NCBI RefSeq assembly: GCF_006345805.1
Contig: NC_043011.1
Span: 15,946,464 to 16,010,463, forward strand
Direction of reading: 5' to 3'
DNA: 64,000 nucleotides
Origin: Octopus sinensis
Lineage: Eukaryota
Shown: positions 26,008-40,233 of the stretch, one piece after another
Layout of the letters: each line of letters opens with the position of its first letter
Numbering within the stretch: position 1 is the stretch's first letter
Made by a program: the position numbers and the translations under genes
The notes under the pieces: generated by a model
The model's input: the letters and a program-made list of their open reading frames with translations, nothing else
Told to the model about the DNA's origin: nothing
Databases searched by the model: none

Positions 26008-26690
26008 CAGACACGATAGAGCTGCACAATATATTCACTGGGTAATCTGCAAAAACCTGGATTTGCCCCATGAAAAAAACTGGTGGGAACACAAACCACC
26101 CCCAATGCTTGAAAATGATCACATCTCACTCCTCTGGAACTTCACCATTCAAACTGACAGAAAGATAGATGCAAATAGGCCAGACATCATATTGAAAGAC
26201 TTCAAACAAAGAACATGCCTCCTCATTGATATGACTGTCCCAATCGATATAAACGTATCTGTCAAGACCTACTAAAAACTGAGCAAATATAAAGATCTTG
26301 AAATAGAAATCAGCAAAATGTGGAACCTGAAGACTAAAACAATACCTGTTGTCACAGGTGCCCTGGGAATGATAGCAAAAGGGGCTGATAGCTACCTAAC
26401 TCAGATACCAGGAAACCCAAAAATGGCAGAAATTCAAAAGATAGTGCTCATGGGAACTGCTCATATCCTACGCAAAATACTTTCTATGTAATCTCAAGGT
26501 TTAAAACAAACATAATTTTCGTTAAAAAAATTTTTTTTTTTAGACATTCATTAGTACAACCCCCCCCCCAAATATATGGCACACTAGGCATAGCAACAAC
26601 ATGAACTTCCAACCTGTTGTCTCTTGAGGTCTCTGGGTGAGACTTGGAGCCAACTTGTACAAATATAAAGCAAAAGTCAAACAGAATAAT
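26008..26690 (+). mobile_element. RLE non-LTR family B, 5'-truncated
   Basis: RHDRAAQYIHW...LLWNFTIQTDRKIDANRPDII...LIDMTVP..., premature TAA, then KLSKYKDLEIEI; distinct 3' UTR; (AAT)n flanks. Confidence 0.9.
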
Positions 26691-26731
26691 ATATAATAAT
26701 AATAATAGTAATAATAATAATAATAGTAATA

Positions 26732-26876
26732 ACCTAGTACAACACTAAGTACAAAACCAAATATATGGCACCCAAAGCATAACACCAACACGAACTTCCA
26801 ACTTGTTGTCTCTTGAGGTCTCTGGGTGAGACTTGGAGCCAACTTGTACAAATGTAAAGCAAAAGTCAAACATATA
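26732..26876 (+). mobile_element. RLE non-LTR family B, 3' UTR fragment
   Basis: Near-copy of 26545-26690. Confidence 0.85.
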
Positions 26877-26879
26877 ATC

Positions 26880-26913
<34 letters not shown>

Positions 26914-26926
26914 CAACAACAACAAC

Positions 26927-26977
<51 letters not shown>

Positions 26978-27000
26978 TAATAATAATCATAATAATAATA

Positions 27001-27538
27001 AGAATAACAACAGAAAAAAGATGGTATAGGCACACACCAGAAAAGGTCACAGAAAACGAGAAAGCAACCATACTCTGGGATATGCCGATACACACAGATA
27101 GAGAAATTAAGGCCAACAGACCAGATATAGTTGTCAGAGACCATGAACAAAAAAAATGCTTTCTAATTGATGTATCAGTACCGGCAGATGACAACGTGTC
27201 TCTAAAAGAAATGGAGAAACTCTCAAAATACAAAGACCTGGAAATAGAGGTAACTAGAATGTGGAATCTGAAAACAGAAACAATTCCTATCATAGTAGGT
27301 GAATTAGGCATGATAAACAAATATTCAGACAAATACATAACAAAAACACCAGGACTTACAAACACATGTAACATACAGAAAATTGCACTACTAGGCACTG
27401 CACACATCCTACGCAGAACACTTTCCATACAATAACCATCAGAGCATCACAACAAATCACAGCACATACCCAAGGCACACAGAGCTGCGCTCGGTAGTGA
27501 AGTGAAAGCACGCTATAAAAACAAAAATAACTACTGAA
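27001..27538 (+). mobile_element. RLE non-LTR family A, second long copy
   Basis: ORF 27082-27435 is almost identical to the C-terminus of 23736-24179; same 3' UTR and (AAT)n tail. Confidence 0.92.
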
Positions 27539-27549
27539 TAATAATAATA

Positions 27550-27602
<53 letters not shown>

Positions 27603-29009
27603 TCTGTCCTTTACTGGTGATACGTATCAAATACAGCAAGTTGTCCTCAACGAATTGAAGGAAAATGTAGTCTTACGCGCAGTACGTCAGAAAATCTTTA
27701 TGATTTACATTCGAAAAAGTGATTTCTTTTCGACGGTCATCACAAAGGCGTCGCTGTGGTAGCTGAAAGTTCTTCATGAGAGATCTTTTGCCGATGCAGA
27801 TATGTTAGGCTTATTTCTTTTCCAGAACATGTGCATTTAAGTTGCAAGCATATCCTTTAATCTTACATGTGTGACTAATACCTAAATTCTTTTTTATCTT
27901 TTCCTACACTTCTGGCGTAAATAGGAGCAACACATTTTTTTAATTGCTGGACGAATATGAGATTAGAGTTGAAGAAACAATCATATTGCCCTTAGGTGAT
28001 AGATAACGAGATGTAATTAAACAACCATCTCGGCGACAAAATGATTGAGAGTGATAAAGTGTATAAATATGGATATAGGGAAAGAAAAGAGAATTTGCTA
28101 ATGCTAGGTTTAATTTTAAATGCATTGGGGCAATAGGCGATTTTATAAAGAAAGAATATATAATTTAACCCAGATTAACTGTAAGCTACTAAGCTGCGAT
28201 TGCAAGAATTTAGGTGAAGACGATGAGACCCAAGGCGAGATGAATTCTATGTATGAACAAACAAAACATTCGGACTAAGAACAGCAGAAATAGAATGTTA
28301 TCTTGACATCTGAAGTAGGTTCCAGAAATGAGATGTCTTTCTCTGGGATTACTATTGAATACATGGATTTTGCGGCTGCAGGCATATGCTGTGTAGGTTA
28401 TCTCAATTGTCTATAGAAATAGTTTATATTGTGGGAAATATATAAAGCTATATACAAACACGATGAGAGATTTTGTTAAGAAAACCCCTCTACCATTTCC
28501 CGCTGGTTGGAGTACTAGTATACTAGTATATAGAACATTGCAAAGAAATTCATAAGCTGCTCAGCGTGATTGACATAAAGTGGTCACGGCCGGAGCTTTT
28601 CGATTCAAAGTGAGCAATGTCGCTGACAGGTGGTTCCATATAGCCATTTCTTAAGACTTATGTGATCTTAAGTGTTTTTTTAAAAAATTTTTGTAAATTG
28701 AGCTCTGGTAATTTTACCGGTAATACGTTGAAAACGCAAACATACACAAATACTTGTAGCAAGGAATAAGAATAAGTGCAAGACAAGTGAATTAATAAAA
28801 TGAAAGATTGAAGGAGTTCAATTATGGTTGATAACAAAAGAAAGTGATGTATTAAAGCAAAACCGAAATCATTATGCAATTATATATACGTGTATTAAAA
28901 TTTAGGCAGAGGAAATAGGGTTGGCTTCAACTCTGAGCTTTAGCAAAGTATGAGATTATTACATGGTAATGTAGGTACGGCTAGTACTGCATCAGGTGAG
29001 GCTAGGCAG

Positions 29010-29185
29010 ATTTGATTAAATATTCAATAATCTTCCAAGGTGACTCGTTTTCTCCGTTTCTGTTTGTATTTGCACTTAGGAAAGTAAAGGTGGGTTACCG
29101 ATGTGGGAAGAAAGGCCTATCATTGAGCCATATTCTGTTTATGGGTGGCATGTTCGGGAAATCTGAGAAACAGATCGATTCTGAA
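29010..29185 (+). pseudogene. Degenerate non-LTR reverse transcriptase fragment
   Basis: IFQGDSFSPFLFV...SHILFM..FGKSEKQIDS resembles GIFQGDSLSPLLF...HLLFMDDLKLFGK. Confidence 0.7.
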
Positions 29186-29699
29186 AGATCTGAAAAACAG
29201 AAAAACTAGAAAAAGCATGAGATGGAGAAATATAATCACCATTATTCTAGCAAGTAAAAGAAACAACATCGGACATGTTTTTGTCACATTACTCTCCTTT
29301 TCAATGAAACATACAACTCATTGTACGATGACAGGAATAGCTTGAATATATGTTCTGAAGAAGAAATGTTCCTGACATATCTGCAGAAAATCCCTATTGA
29401 AGAGCATTCAAATACCTCAGTAACGCTTCCGTGGTGACTGTCGAAAAAATGCTCCGTCTTAGCACGATGAACCCGTAGGCATTTTGTCTAGTGTGCGAAA
29501 GATTCTACCAACTCATTTACATTTAAGAAAAAAAATGTACCAGGAGGAATTTTTCCCTGACAGTCTTAACTTGAAACAAATAATGCAAGTATAAAACACG
29601 GGGACTTACAGCTAAAAGAGAAATACATTTTTCCCTTTCTTAGAGCAACGAATGAAAACGAAGGAAGTGAAATATACAAATATGAAATATGAATACAAA

Positions 29700-29850
29700 G
29701 GCAGGGAGATCGAGCAGAATCCTTAGCACACCGGACAATGTGATCGGCGCTATTTCTTTCGGCTTTACGTTCTCAGTCCGAATTTCGCTGGGGTCAACTT
29801 TATCCATCAGCTTTTCGGGGGTCGCTAAATGAGATATAATCGACTATCTG
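29700..29850 (+). mobile_element. Degenerate SINE family 2
   Basis: gcagaatccttagcacaccgg...acgttctcagtccgaatttcg...ttttcgggggtcgctaaa. Confidence 0.55.
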
Positions 29851-29861
29851 ACCCCCACATG

Positions 29862-29906
<45 letters not shown>

Positions 29907-32511
29907 CCACCATCTGAAATTTAGATTCGAAGAAATCTTAGTCTTCACATTTGATTATCGAACTCCTTTGTGATCATTTTACTAGTAGATGCTTTGTGAC
30001 CGAATATGAACACCGACAGAGAAAACAGTTAACACCAAAACATTCTATTTGTGACAACATCAACTCTTTGATTTCATTGCATATTTACTATTTCAAGAAA
30101 ATTTCTGTTGTGTTTTTCACTGTTCGAATGACTAGACTGAAGCTTTCTAATATATTTTTCCTGAATGTCTGATTCATTCTACTTAGTTTAATTGCATTGT
30201 TATTTATGTGGATGTGATTCGACGTTTGATATATTTACTTTTAATCTTGGACTTACTCTCCACTTTGAAGGGATTTTACCACTTTGAAATAAACTGTTTA
30301 AACATCACAGCTTCTTGTATTTTATCTTGCATACTCATGATAACCTTTGGTCTTTTGATAAACCGGTGCACGAAGTAATTTCTCCTCTATGTGTAAATAT
30401 TCTATTTATGAAATTTGGTCGTATGTCTTTATTATCTTCTCTTCATTTGATGATGATTTTGCTGCTATTGATTTTGTCCACTAAATATGATTGACTGTAT
30501 ATATATATTAATATGTCATGGTGTCTCCAAATCCAAACTATAACAACCTGTAGCTTTTTGAGACATGATGGACTGCACCGCTGTTTCCATGAATGCGTTT
30601 CATAACTTTTCTATTCTGAAGCATGGTATGGTTTTGTTATCTTTTCTAGGATTAAATATACATACATACACACACGCATACGCATACACACACACATACA
30701 CACACATATTGTTCGAAGGCTTGTACCATCATACCGGTAGTCAGTTCTGTCTGCTGGAACCGAAACAAACACGACTCTGTTTGAAGGTAGGTCTAGAGAG
30801 GGCTTAAGCCAAAACTACGCGCCATTCCCCTCTATTGGTCAGTTGAACTTAGGTTGTTTTACGTGAGTTAGATGGCGCTGGCTGCTTGAGCCTACCGGTG
30901 AGTATTTTAGGGGTAATGTGGAAGGGTGGTCATTTGCCCACTGACATTCGTTAACACTGTATCGAAGAAACCAAAGAACGAAAGGCGAAGGTAACAGAAA
31001 AAATGCACTCAATACCAGACCTGAAGATACCTTCGAGAGGGCGGGGGGCACATCTAAAACGGTGAAGTAGTAGGGGCCGAAACCGTACGTTGTTGCACTT
31101 GATGATATCCTTAGCCACTGAATCCTATAAAGGAGTTGTTGAGATAGCGATCCACGAAACTTGGTTGGAATACCTCCTACATAACCCATAACATTCCTAA
31201 GCCGCCGACTTGTGTGGCAAGCAAACTAAGGTAACCCATTAATCAAGCAGAATGAATATATACTATTCAAGGGGGTGCATTTCCCAGCCCTGCATTCTGA
31301 AATCCGTTCTAGAATTTTCAGAGGCATATAGTTATAAAAACGCTTTTCAAACATAAAACGTAAGGTTTCATATTAGAGAATTTTGCCATTGTTGAATAAC
31401 ATTTTGAATGTGATCCGGTCTGCGTTACGTAGTAAAATATCACCGAGGCACTACTTTACCGTTTATGAATATCAGAAGGAGCCGATCCACTTCCCATTCA
31501 TTCTGTCTTTCTCTCTGAGAATTGGCTACAGTTAAGAGGTAAAAAAATAAATGTTCTCTTAACAATCTCAAAATTCCATTCACTACTCTCTTTAGTAAAC
31601 GCTAAAGGGAAATTTAAAAAATGACTGCAAATAAGGCGTGAAGGTGCCCAGCGGGAGAAATCGACGGAGTTAGACAGTAGAAAAATGAACAAAATATACT
31701 GCGATATATTAGTTTAACAGTTCAAATTAGATTGGATTGACTTTACCTTTATCTTTAAGAAATCTATAGAAGAATGACCACCCACGTGCCTGGAGAGATT
31801 AAACAACATACTCTTCACAAATACGGAGCTTGCTCTATTTCACATAACAATCTCACATCGGTTTCTTATAAAATAAAATATTTAGTGGAGTAAGCGACGG
31901 AACTATGGTCGCTTCCGGAACCCTCTAAGCTAGTGGAATGCACGAAAGAGGTTACTCCCAGAACTCAGTCGTCTCTCCAACAGTGACACTGGTGACGGTA
32001 CTCAAAAATCAGGTCATAATATTAAACTTGTAGAGTGTTGGGATTGATAGTTAAGAACTGGATATGAACCATTCCTAGGACGAAGTATACAAGTCATTTT
32101 AGACAGACAAATTATATAGTGCAAAGGCGCCGTTGTCCAATTCAAACACAGTAAAACCAAATCTACTCCATTAAAAACCGTTAGACAATTTACTACTCTT
32201 AATTATAAAAATAAATGAATTTATAATATATCCGACTCAGAATTATATAATGACTGCATTTAATTAATTGAATTTTTGCAGATTATAATTGGAAAGTATT
32301 ATTTTATCATTTCAATATTTTACAGGAGATCAAGTGTAGAAATGGAATTTTCATTATTACGTACATAACAACTATGCATTCCAGGACATTAAGCCAGTTT
32401 AACCCGATGTTTGTTGTTCTGTGATAATAAAAGATACATTTAATACGGTTTTGAAATATTGAGAAATGACCAATCTCAATGATGTTGATCCAGAATAGTA
32501 TTTATATATTT

Positions 32512-32730
32512 CTTTTACTCTTTTACTGTTTTTACTTGTTTCAGTCATTTGACTGCGGCCATGTTGGAGCACCGCCTTTTAGTCGAGCAAATCGACCCCG
32601 GGACTTATTCTTTGTAAGCCCAGTACTTGTTCTATCGGTCTCTTTTGCCGAACCGCTAAGTGATGGGGACGTAAACGCACCAGCATCGGTTGTCAAGCAA
32701 TGCTAGGGGGACAAACACAGACACACAAAA

Positions 32731-32777
<47 letters not shown>

Positions 32778-32942
32778 TACGACAGGCTTCTTTCAGTTTC
32801 CGTCTACCAAATCCACTCACAAGGCATTGGTCGGCCCGGGGCTATAGCAGAAGACACTTGGCCAAGATGCCACGCAGTGGGACTGATCCCGGAACCATGT
32901 GGCTGGTTAGCAAGCTACTTACCACACAGCCACTCCTGCGCC
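32512..32942 (-). mobile_element. SINE family 1, full length
   Basis: Homologous end to end with 19560-19970. Confidence 0.9.
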
Positions 32943-33781
32943 TATATTTAAGGAAAAAATATTTTGTTTCGGTTGAGAATATATCGATTGTACAACTGAG
33001 GAAGCAATTTTCTATGAGAACACAATAGACGTAAAAATAAAATATTGATATTGAACAATTTTGTAAGCTCAAATAACATTACTGTCATTGTGCTGTGGTA
33101 CTTCAGAATGTACATAAATCTGCAAATGGTAATCCCACACAAACATTACATCTGAATGATTCGTGAACGGATTGTATATCTAGTTATATTTGAACCAAGT
33201 TTACGCTGAGTAATCTCTGTTTCACTAGAAATTCACTTCTTAACCGAGATACTGCAAACCAAGTAATGTAAGATATTAGCACTTTGTTTGCTAGGATTTC
33301 AATTAGCTAGCTCCCCTCAAAAGTAATTAACATGAGATTTACCATAAATAGGAAAAAAAATCACAAAGATTATATATTTTATTTCTTGTAATTTTGCTAT
33401 ATTTAAATTTATCTTCTTTTTGTTAAACTGCTTGTCATTCACCATATTACGTAAATGGAAAATTTCATGTTATTTTTTGTGCCCTTCTGTTTCGTTTCTA
33501 TAATGACTATAAATTGAAAATCCAATTTCGCTCTAAAATAGGTGATTTCCTACTCAAGAAGTTTTTCTCTTTAAACAGATTTTAGGCGGAGATTGGCAGG
33601 GGGTGGGGAACCAGCACGCGAATATATCAACTCAATTTTCAGAGTTATTTTCATATGATTATGTTACCAACTACAGAATCCGCCGAGAATAAAATACATT
33701 TCTGATAATGGCTCCCCCGTTGTATATATCACTATTGACATAAGTGGAAGTTTGATAAAGTTTTGGCCTCTCTTTTCTTAG

Positions 33782-33854
33782 TTGCGAAACCATTCGTCTT
33801 GTCGTATGATAGATATCCAGTCCAGTTCAGTCCAAAACAATTCCTGCTGATTCG
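33782..33854 (+). CDS. Candidate internal coding exon of an unidentified host gene
   Basis: Acceptor ctctcttttcttAG, donor CG|GTAAGT; only one open frame (xAKPFVLSYDRYPVQFSPKQFLLIR); unique sequence. No homology recognised. Confidence 0.4.
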
Positions 33855-34776
33855 GTAAGTGAAACATATGCCAGAGTTTACTTGCAAAGAATGCACTGGG
33901 GAAGTTGTATTCCGTTGTCTTGTGCAATCTCAAATAGTTAAAAAGACATTATATAAGATGGAATTTGATTCTCATAGTTGAACCTTAGCATTAAGATTAC
34001 AATGTTTCAGTATATTAATCTTACCTAGGGGTTCACATTTTAAATATTTTAGGGACGGTCATTACACTAATAATCATGTAAACACACATACTGGTTCAGT
34101 TTCTCTCCTTTATGATTACTCGATTGGTTAGATTTTTAACCAGGTACAAACTAACTAATCGATCGTTTGTTTAAACTGCTGGTTAAACAATCAATTTGTT
34201 TTTTAATCAAAGTCCGTCCATCGCCATTTGAGGCCTTATCAATAACATGTCAGCTTTCCATATGAGCTCCCATCAAGAATCTTAAAATCAGTATATGGTT
34301 TATATTTACCATAGTTATTTCTACAGTTATATAATAATTTGAAATATTTAAATCATCAATAAGCTTTGAGAAGAGTCAACTTTTATCAACGTTAGAATTC
34401 ATATTCCTACATTTAAAGACATGCGAGGAATGCGTAAAATATACAATGTTCTGAATTATGTAAACGACCAAGTAGATGAGGTTGTAATTTTATTTCTATT
34501 GTGATAGTGTACAATTTAAATAGGAATGGAATTTCGTTGCTCGAACTGCCTGGCATTGCATGAAATATTGTATACACTCACAAAATGCTCTAAAGATTAA
34601 GATTAAGAAGGCACAGAAATATATGCAACACCAATAACTCATCTGAAGTATTTAAGACAACGACAGTTTTTAAATTGACATATTCAATAGAGTTTAAATG
34701 ACATCCTCAAAGGAATTTCCATATCTTGTGAATATGTTTTTGTTGCTTATTTCTTCTCATTGTAAGTTAGAAACAA

Positions 34777-34945
34777 GGCACCGACCTGGCAGAGTTGTTG
34801 GTACGCCGGGCTAAATGCAAAGTGGCGCTTTGTCCGTCCTCATGTTCTGAGTTCAAATTCTGCCGAAGTCGATAGAATAAGTACCAGCTGAACGCTGGGG
34901 TCATTGTAATTGACTTAGCTCCTCCCACGAAATTACTGGCCTTGA
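34777..34945 (+). mobile_element. SINE family 2, degenerate
   Basis: ggcaccgacctggcagag...gttctgagttcaaattctgccgaagtcga...aagtaccag. Confidence 0.7.
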
Positions 34946-37900
34946 GACATAATCTGAGACCATCATAAATTAGAAAAAAATAACATTTTAGTCAAGGATG
35001 TCAAAAATATGTGATTCGACACTAGCTTACTAAGGGATTTTGAGGTAATGTCTTTCGGTTTTACAGGTGCTTCTTGATTATATGTTGTTGGGATAACAGA
35101 ATCGATGTAATATCGCGTTACATGCCTTTGAGTATTTACATCCGAAGTCATATATTACTGTTTTCGATATCACGTTGTTTCGTTCGGGTTTGCTAAGATG
35201 TGTATCAGTCAGGTACGATGTAGATACAATCACGTAAACCTCGTAATTACAAATTAGTGAAATCCAACGAAAAGAATCAATATTTGTACAAGAATTCACC
35301 TTCCCTTTTCTTCCTTGAAAGGTAGTAATTATATAGAGTGTGTGAGCAGCGAGTGGGCGATCGTTCTTAATGAATTCTTATTGATTCATTGAATTTCTTT
35401 CTTATCAGTCAGAAATCCGTTAATATACAAATAGTCTCAATTGTTAAACATAATGTGCAAAAAGGATTGTTATCTGCATGAAAGAACATCTGCTTCTTTT
35501 GCTGTGCAACCAATACAATAGAAATGCATCAATAATAGCAAAATGTTATCATAGGTTTTTGTTTGTGGTCAGCGTGTGAAACGCTTTTCTTTTTGTTTTT
35601 ACTTTTTGAACAGGGAAAAAAATTAGATATATTTTTTTCTTATACCGTGCTCTGTTTTCGGGTTTTTAACTGGACAACCATTGTTTCAAAGGGTTTTAAT
35701 CAGCAAAAGTGGCAAGGAAGTCTTTGTGTAACTCGTTACAAGATTATTATACCAAGGAAATTAGTTCGAAAACGGACGTCTTTTGTTTCATGTGACACCG
35801 GTGTTCCGTTTGTACCAGATAGTACAAGGTCTTCGTGAACGCTTGGTTGAAAATAGTTGCATAATGTGTTGCCCTATGGGCTAAAACTGGAAACTGCTTC
35901 CTTTCGAATAGAACCTCTTAACCATAAAGCTGTGTCAACGCCCACTTTGAAATGAAATAATTTCATTTAATACATTTATTTGGTTTTAAATCTCCCGTGC
36001 ATGCAACAAAGAATTTGTTATATTTTAGTGATTTTTGCGACTAATAGCAAATATCGCAATGTAAAGAAAATATTTGATAACCTATAATTTCAACGTCATT
36101 TTATGCGTAATTTTAAATTTTGTTTTTACATTTATTTTCACAGAAAATGTATGTTTCATTGAAATACAATCTATACATACATCAACGCTTTTTCCAAAAA
36201 TATTTATAATTGATAAATGTTTAAGAATGAATTATCCCGGTTTCTGAGATGTAATATCGTCAAAGGAATTGTGCTAATTAATGTCATCCTAAATATTGAA
36301 ATCCTGGGTAGAGAATTAAACTTCTTACGCTTATAATAAATCAATTAATATAACGCGTTGTTTAATGGTTTATATTTGCACATTTTAAAAATAAATCATT
36401 GCTGCCTTTGTTTTCTCAGTATATTTCCTAGAATACTGTAGGGAACAATTTACATGAATGTATGCAGATTTGTTTGTATATATTGTCACAATACTGTATC
36501 TAATTACTGCTTTCTGTCCGCTCCGGCTAGTTAAATGAATAATCAGTTGTATATAATGCCGCTGAATTCCATTTTAATACTCCGCAGAGAGGCAGGGATG
36601 TGTATCTCAAGAGGTTGTATGTTTTCTCATGTAATATATCAATATTTTCATCGTATCTAATATGTTCAAAGTGTGAAACGGCTGAAGAAGTAAGAGTAAT
36701 GCGATAAGCACATAATATTTTTACAGATTATGTTAGTCTTGTATGACTTCGCTTTCACACCCTATGATTAAAGTATAAACATATGTACAAAAACAAAAGA
36801 AAGGAAAATGTACAGCAAAGCGAACGAATAAATGTCAGTCTTCAAATATCAATTATCACAGCGACGTATTAGGATAACGAATCAATAAAACCAATGCATC
36901 TAAAATACATTTGTAAACATTTTAACGCAAGGAAATGAATTAGTGCAAACAAATTTACAGGGTTCTTTTTCCCTCAAATAAATGAAATCATTGAACGCAG
37001 GCTTAATTTGAATATCAGAGGGATTTTTGCCTGTTAGAAAAATATAAGCAGTAACGTATATATTCATTCTGAATACGTTCTAGCAGATCCTCGGCAGGCT
37101 AAGTGCCGTTGTATTTCGTCAGAGGAGAACACCTTGCTCTTGACAATGTTTGATCATAACATATGCGTTTCAATCACATATTCGCATTGGAATTTGCCAA
37201 GATGTATTGAGAATGAATAGGCACGTAATTGTTAGGATTCTGGTTGTTATTCGTGTTATTCTCCTATAATACGAACAATCTGTCAGTTTTGCAGCTAGGG
37301 TAGGATTCATTATAAATAATTATCAACAACAGCAAGAGTACCAACTACAATAGCGCAGGCAGTGCTATCAGTGGCAAGAGTATTGGAAGTCGACGAGACA
37401 GAGGTTTGATATGTCACTGTGGTAGTGTTTATGATGTTTTAATAATCAAAGATGAGATTGAGAAAGAGAAAGAGGAAATTGATGAAGCAGATCGAGAAAG
37501 CGTATGAATTTTCTTTTCTGTCTGATTATCCTGGATCCTATAGATTTAGTCATTTTTACCACTTAGTGATCCCCAGTGTTACTTTAAAATATCTTAAAAT
37601 ATCTCAGTGTTTATACTTTGGTACGCATTGCATTTTCATGTGTAAATTGTCGCTGGAATAACTAAGTGGAATGGATATTAAAGACATTACTGAAATTGGT
37701 TATGTGTCCGATTAGTATATTTTCATGTCTAACTGGGTTGTATAGCGTCATAGCCATTCAGATCATACGGTACAAAATAAGATGGAATACATACAATTTT
37801 AATTTATTTCCTGTTTCAAGATATTTCCAATTTAATTACAAAAAATATGTAGACAACATATATATTCAGTGGATGCTCTAACACAAGAGACAAATATGTG

Positions 37901-38186
37901 TCTCCTTTTAATGAGATGCACACTTCTTTGGATTTTTAACGAGAACGGCAGTCATTCATTTCGCAAATTTTAAATCACTCGGTTTCGTTAAATACAAACA
38001 TGTTACTGTTAATATATAAAAATAACTTCGTAATATTTCATTACACAATTGCATTCATGATATTATATTGCGCTCTTCAATCCTAAACTTTATATCTAAT
38101 ACATATTTATCACATATTACTTTCATGTTTATTAATTATAATAGTATATTTTACGATGAACGCAATGAAATAAGGTTTTTAAGCAT

Positions 38187-38238
<52 letters not shown>

Positions 38239-38262
38239 ACAAGTGTGTGTATTGTATATTTG

Positions 38263-38297
<35 letters not shown>

Positions 38298-39188
38298 GCA
38301 TTTGTTTATATGAAACTATTGAAGTAATATTCAACTAATTTTCATAAAACTGATAAAACGAGTTATGTTCGTCAGCCTATTACATCCTGTTCAATTACAA
38401 AACGGCATTGAAGTGCTAAATTAGGATAAATATTGATTATTTATTTTCGGAATTCTACTTCTTCAACGATATGCTTGTGATACATGGATGCATTTTGCAT
38501 TTTATTTCAGAGAGCCCTTAAATGTAACCACAGTGCACATCAAAAGATGTAATGTGCTGTTTTAAAAATGATTGCATAAAATAACGTACAAAAAGCATAA
38601 TTTTAGTGTTCAAAGCAAAACACAGGCTTTTACATACATGCATACATAAATACATACATACATACACACATATACATGCATACATACATATATACATACA
38701 TACAGACAGACAGACAAACACACATACACACATGTGTGTGGCAGTAATTATTCAACTAACCACTATCGTCCAGTATGTGCAAACTAATCAAAGCAAACTA
38801 TATTATTTAAACACACCACCCAACCACTTTTGACGCACAAACTACTGATATTATATAATTCGTCTAACTTACATTCTTCTATGCAAAATTTCAAAACCGA
38901 TCAGTAAAATAGTTTATTACTGTGTTACTTTACCAGATTCAGTGAACGACAATAATTTAGCCCTCTGGGTGACTCGAAACAGTGTTTCATGTGCATAGTT
39001 GGAGAAGACAGCCGATGAGCTTTGAAGAAATTTTGGTATTGAAGCTAACATTTAATCGTCGTGTGTCTTGTACCCCCTACACTGCTACAGTTACCACTAC
39101 TGGTCCCGTAGTTAAAAAATAAAGGATTCAAATTATTGCAATATCACGTAATGAATTCAAGTGATTTCGAAAACTCTATGAAATGTTA

Positions 39189-39397
39189 ACGAGGGTGTGC
39201 GGTAAAATTTCCTGACTTTAAGGATATCGGGAGAGACCTGGTTGGAAGCCTAACCTTCCGAAAATTTTAAAGGGCTCAGGGACCGCTGTAATAAGTGTAT
39301 GAACCTGAGAAGGAATATGTTGAATAAAATCACAATTAACTGATCCTTTTGCATTTTCTTTTACCCAAAGCCAGGAACTTTACAATATCCCTTCGTA
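39189..39397 (+). mobile_element. Non-autonomous mariner-type MITE (~210 bp)
   Basis: Imperfect TIRs acgagggtgtgcggtaaaattttcctgacttt / aaagccaggaactttacaatatcccttcgta; related copy at 1085-1276. Confidence 0.6.
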
Positions 39398-40233
39398 AAA
39401 TATTCCCAAGTCCTGCTACATTTCTATATTTCTGTTCATACCTTTTCAAAACATTCCACACACCCTCATTCGTAATCAACTACTCATGTTGCAAATTTAC
39501 AAATAAATAAATTGTCACATTATTGCCAATCATTTTTGAACCTAACAGAATATATGTACCATTCGTTTTACAAAATTCTTTGGAAAAAGAAAGCATATCA
39601 CCAGCTGTGAACTCTTCTTGTTACATTCAATTGTAACAAATGAAACGTGAGTGCCATCTGTATAGATTTTCATTGAGCAATAGCAGCTACATTCGATAGA
39701 CAACCATTTAATTAACTCAACAGTGATCTCACGCCCCATGAGAACGTTGTTGGTGTATATAAGCTGTCAAGAGAACAATCAAGGTGATTTATTTTAACCC
39801 CGAGAAATTTGTTACTTCTTAGATAAGCCGTGTTCTTTTCAGCCCACATTGTATCTTATGGTATTGGGGTTGACTATGGTATACATTGTCTTAACACTCA
39901 CGCTAAGAAATGTTCTCAGTACATATTAAGGAGCTAGTTACCGTTCATTCCTGCAGCGAAATTTATCTTACCGTACTATTCAACATAACACACACAAAAG
40001 AACTCACGTATCTTGAATAGCGCTGACCTTGCACATACAGATAACATGATTTGAGCCCACAAAATCTTATTAGACAGCAAAATAAAAATAAGAAAGCTAC
40101 ATGTAGATGAGATTTACAGTCTCCTTTAAACTCTTACAAGGTCCATAAACCTTTTAGAAATCGCATCCCAATTTACCACAACCCACAAACAATATCCTGA
40201 AAATAGAATGTAAAGCACTGTATAATGTAGATA

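Noticed and set aside
25655-26275. 206-aa poly-Asn/endonuclease fusion ORF
   Set aside because: Chance in-frame join of (AAT)n to a truncated RLE element that has a premature stop.
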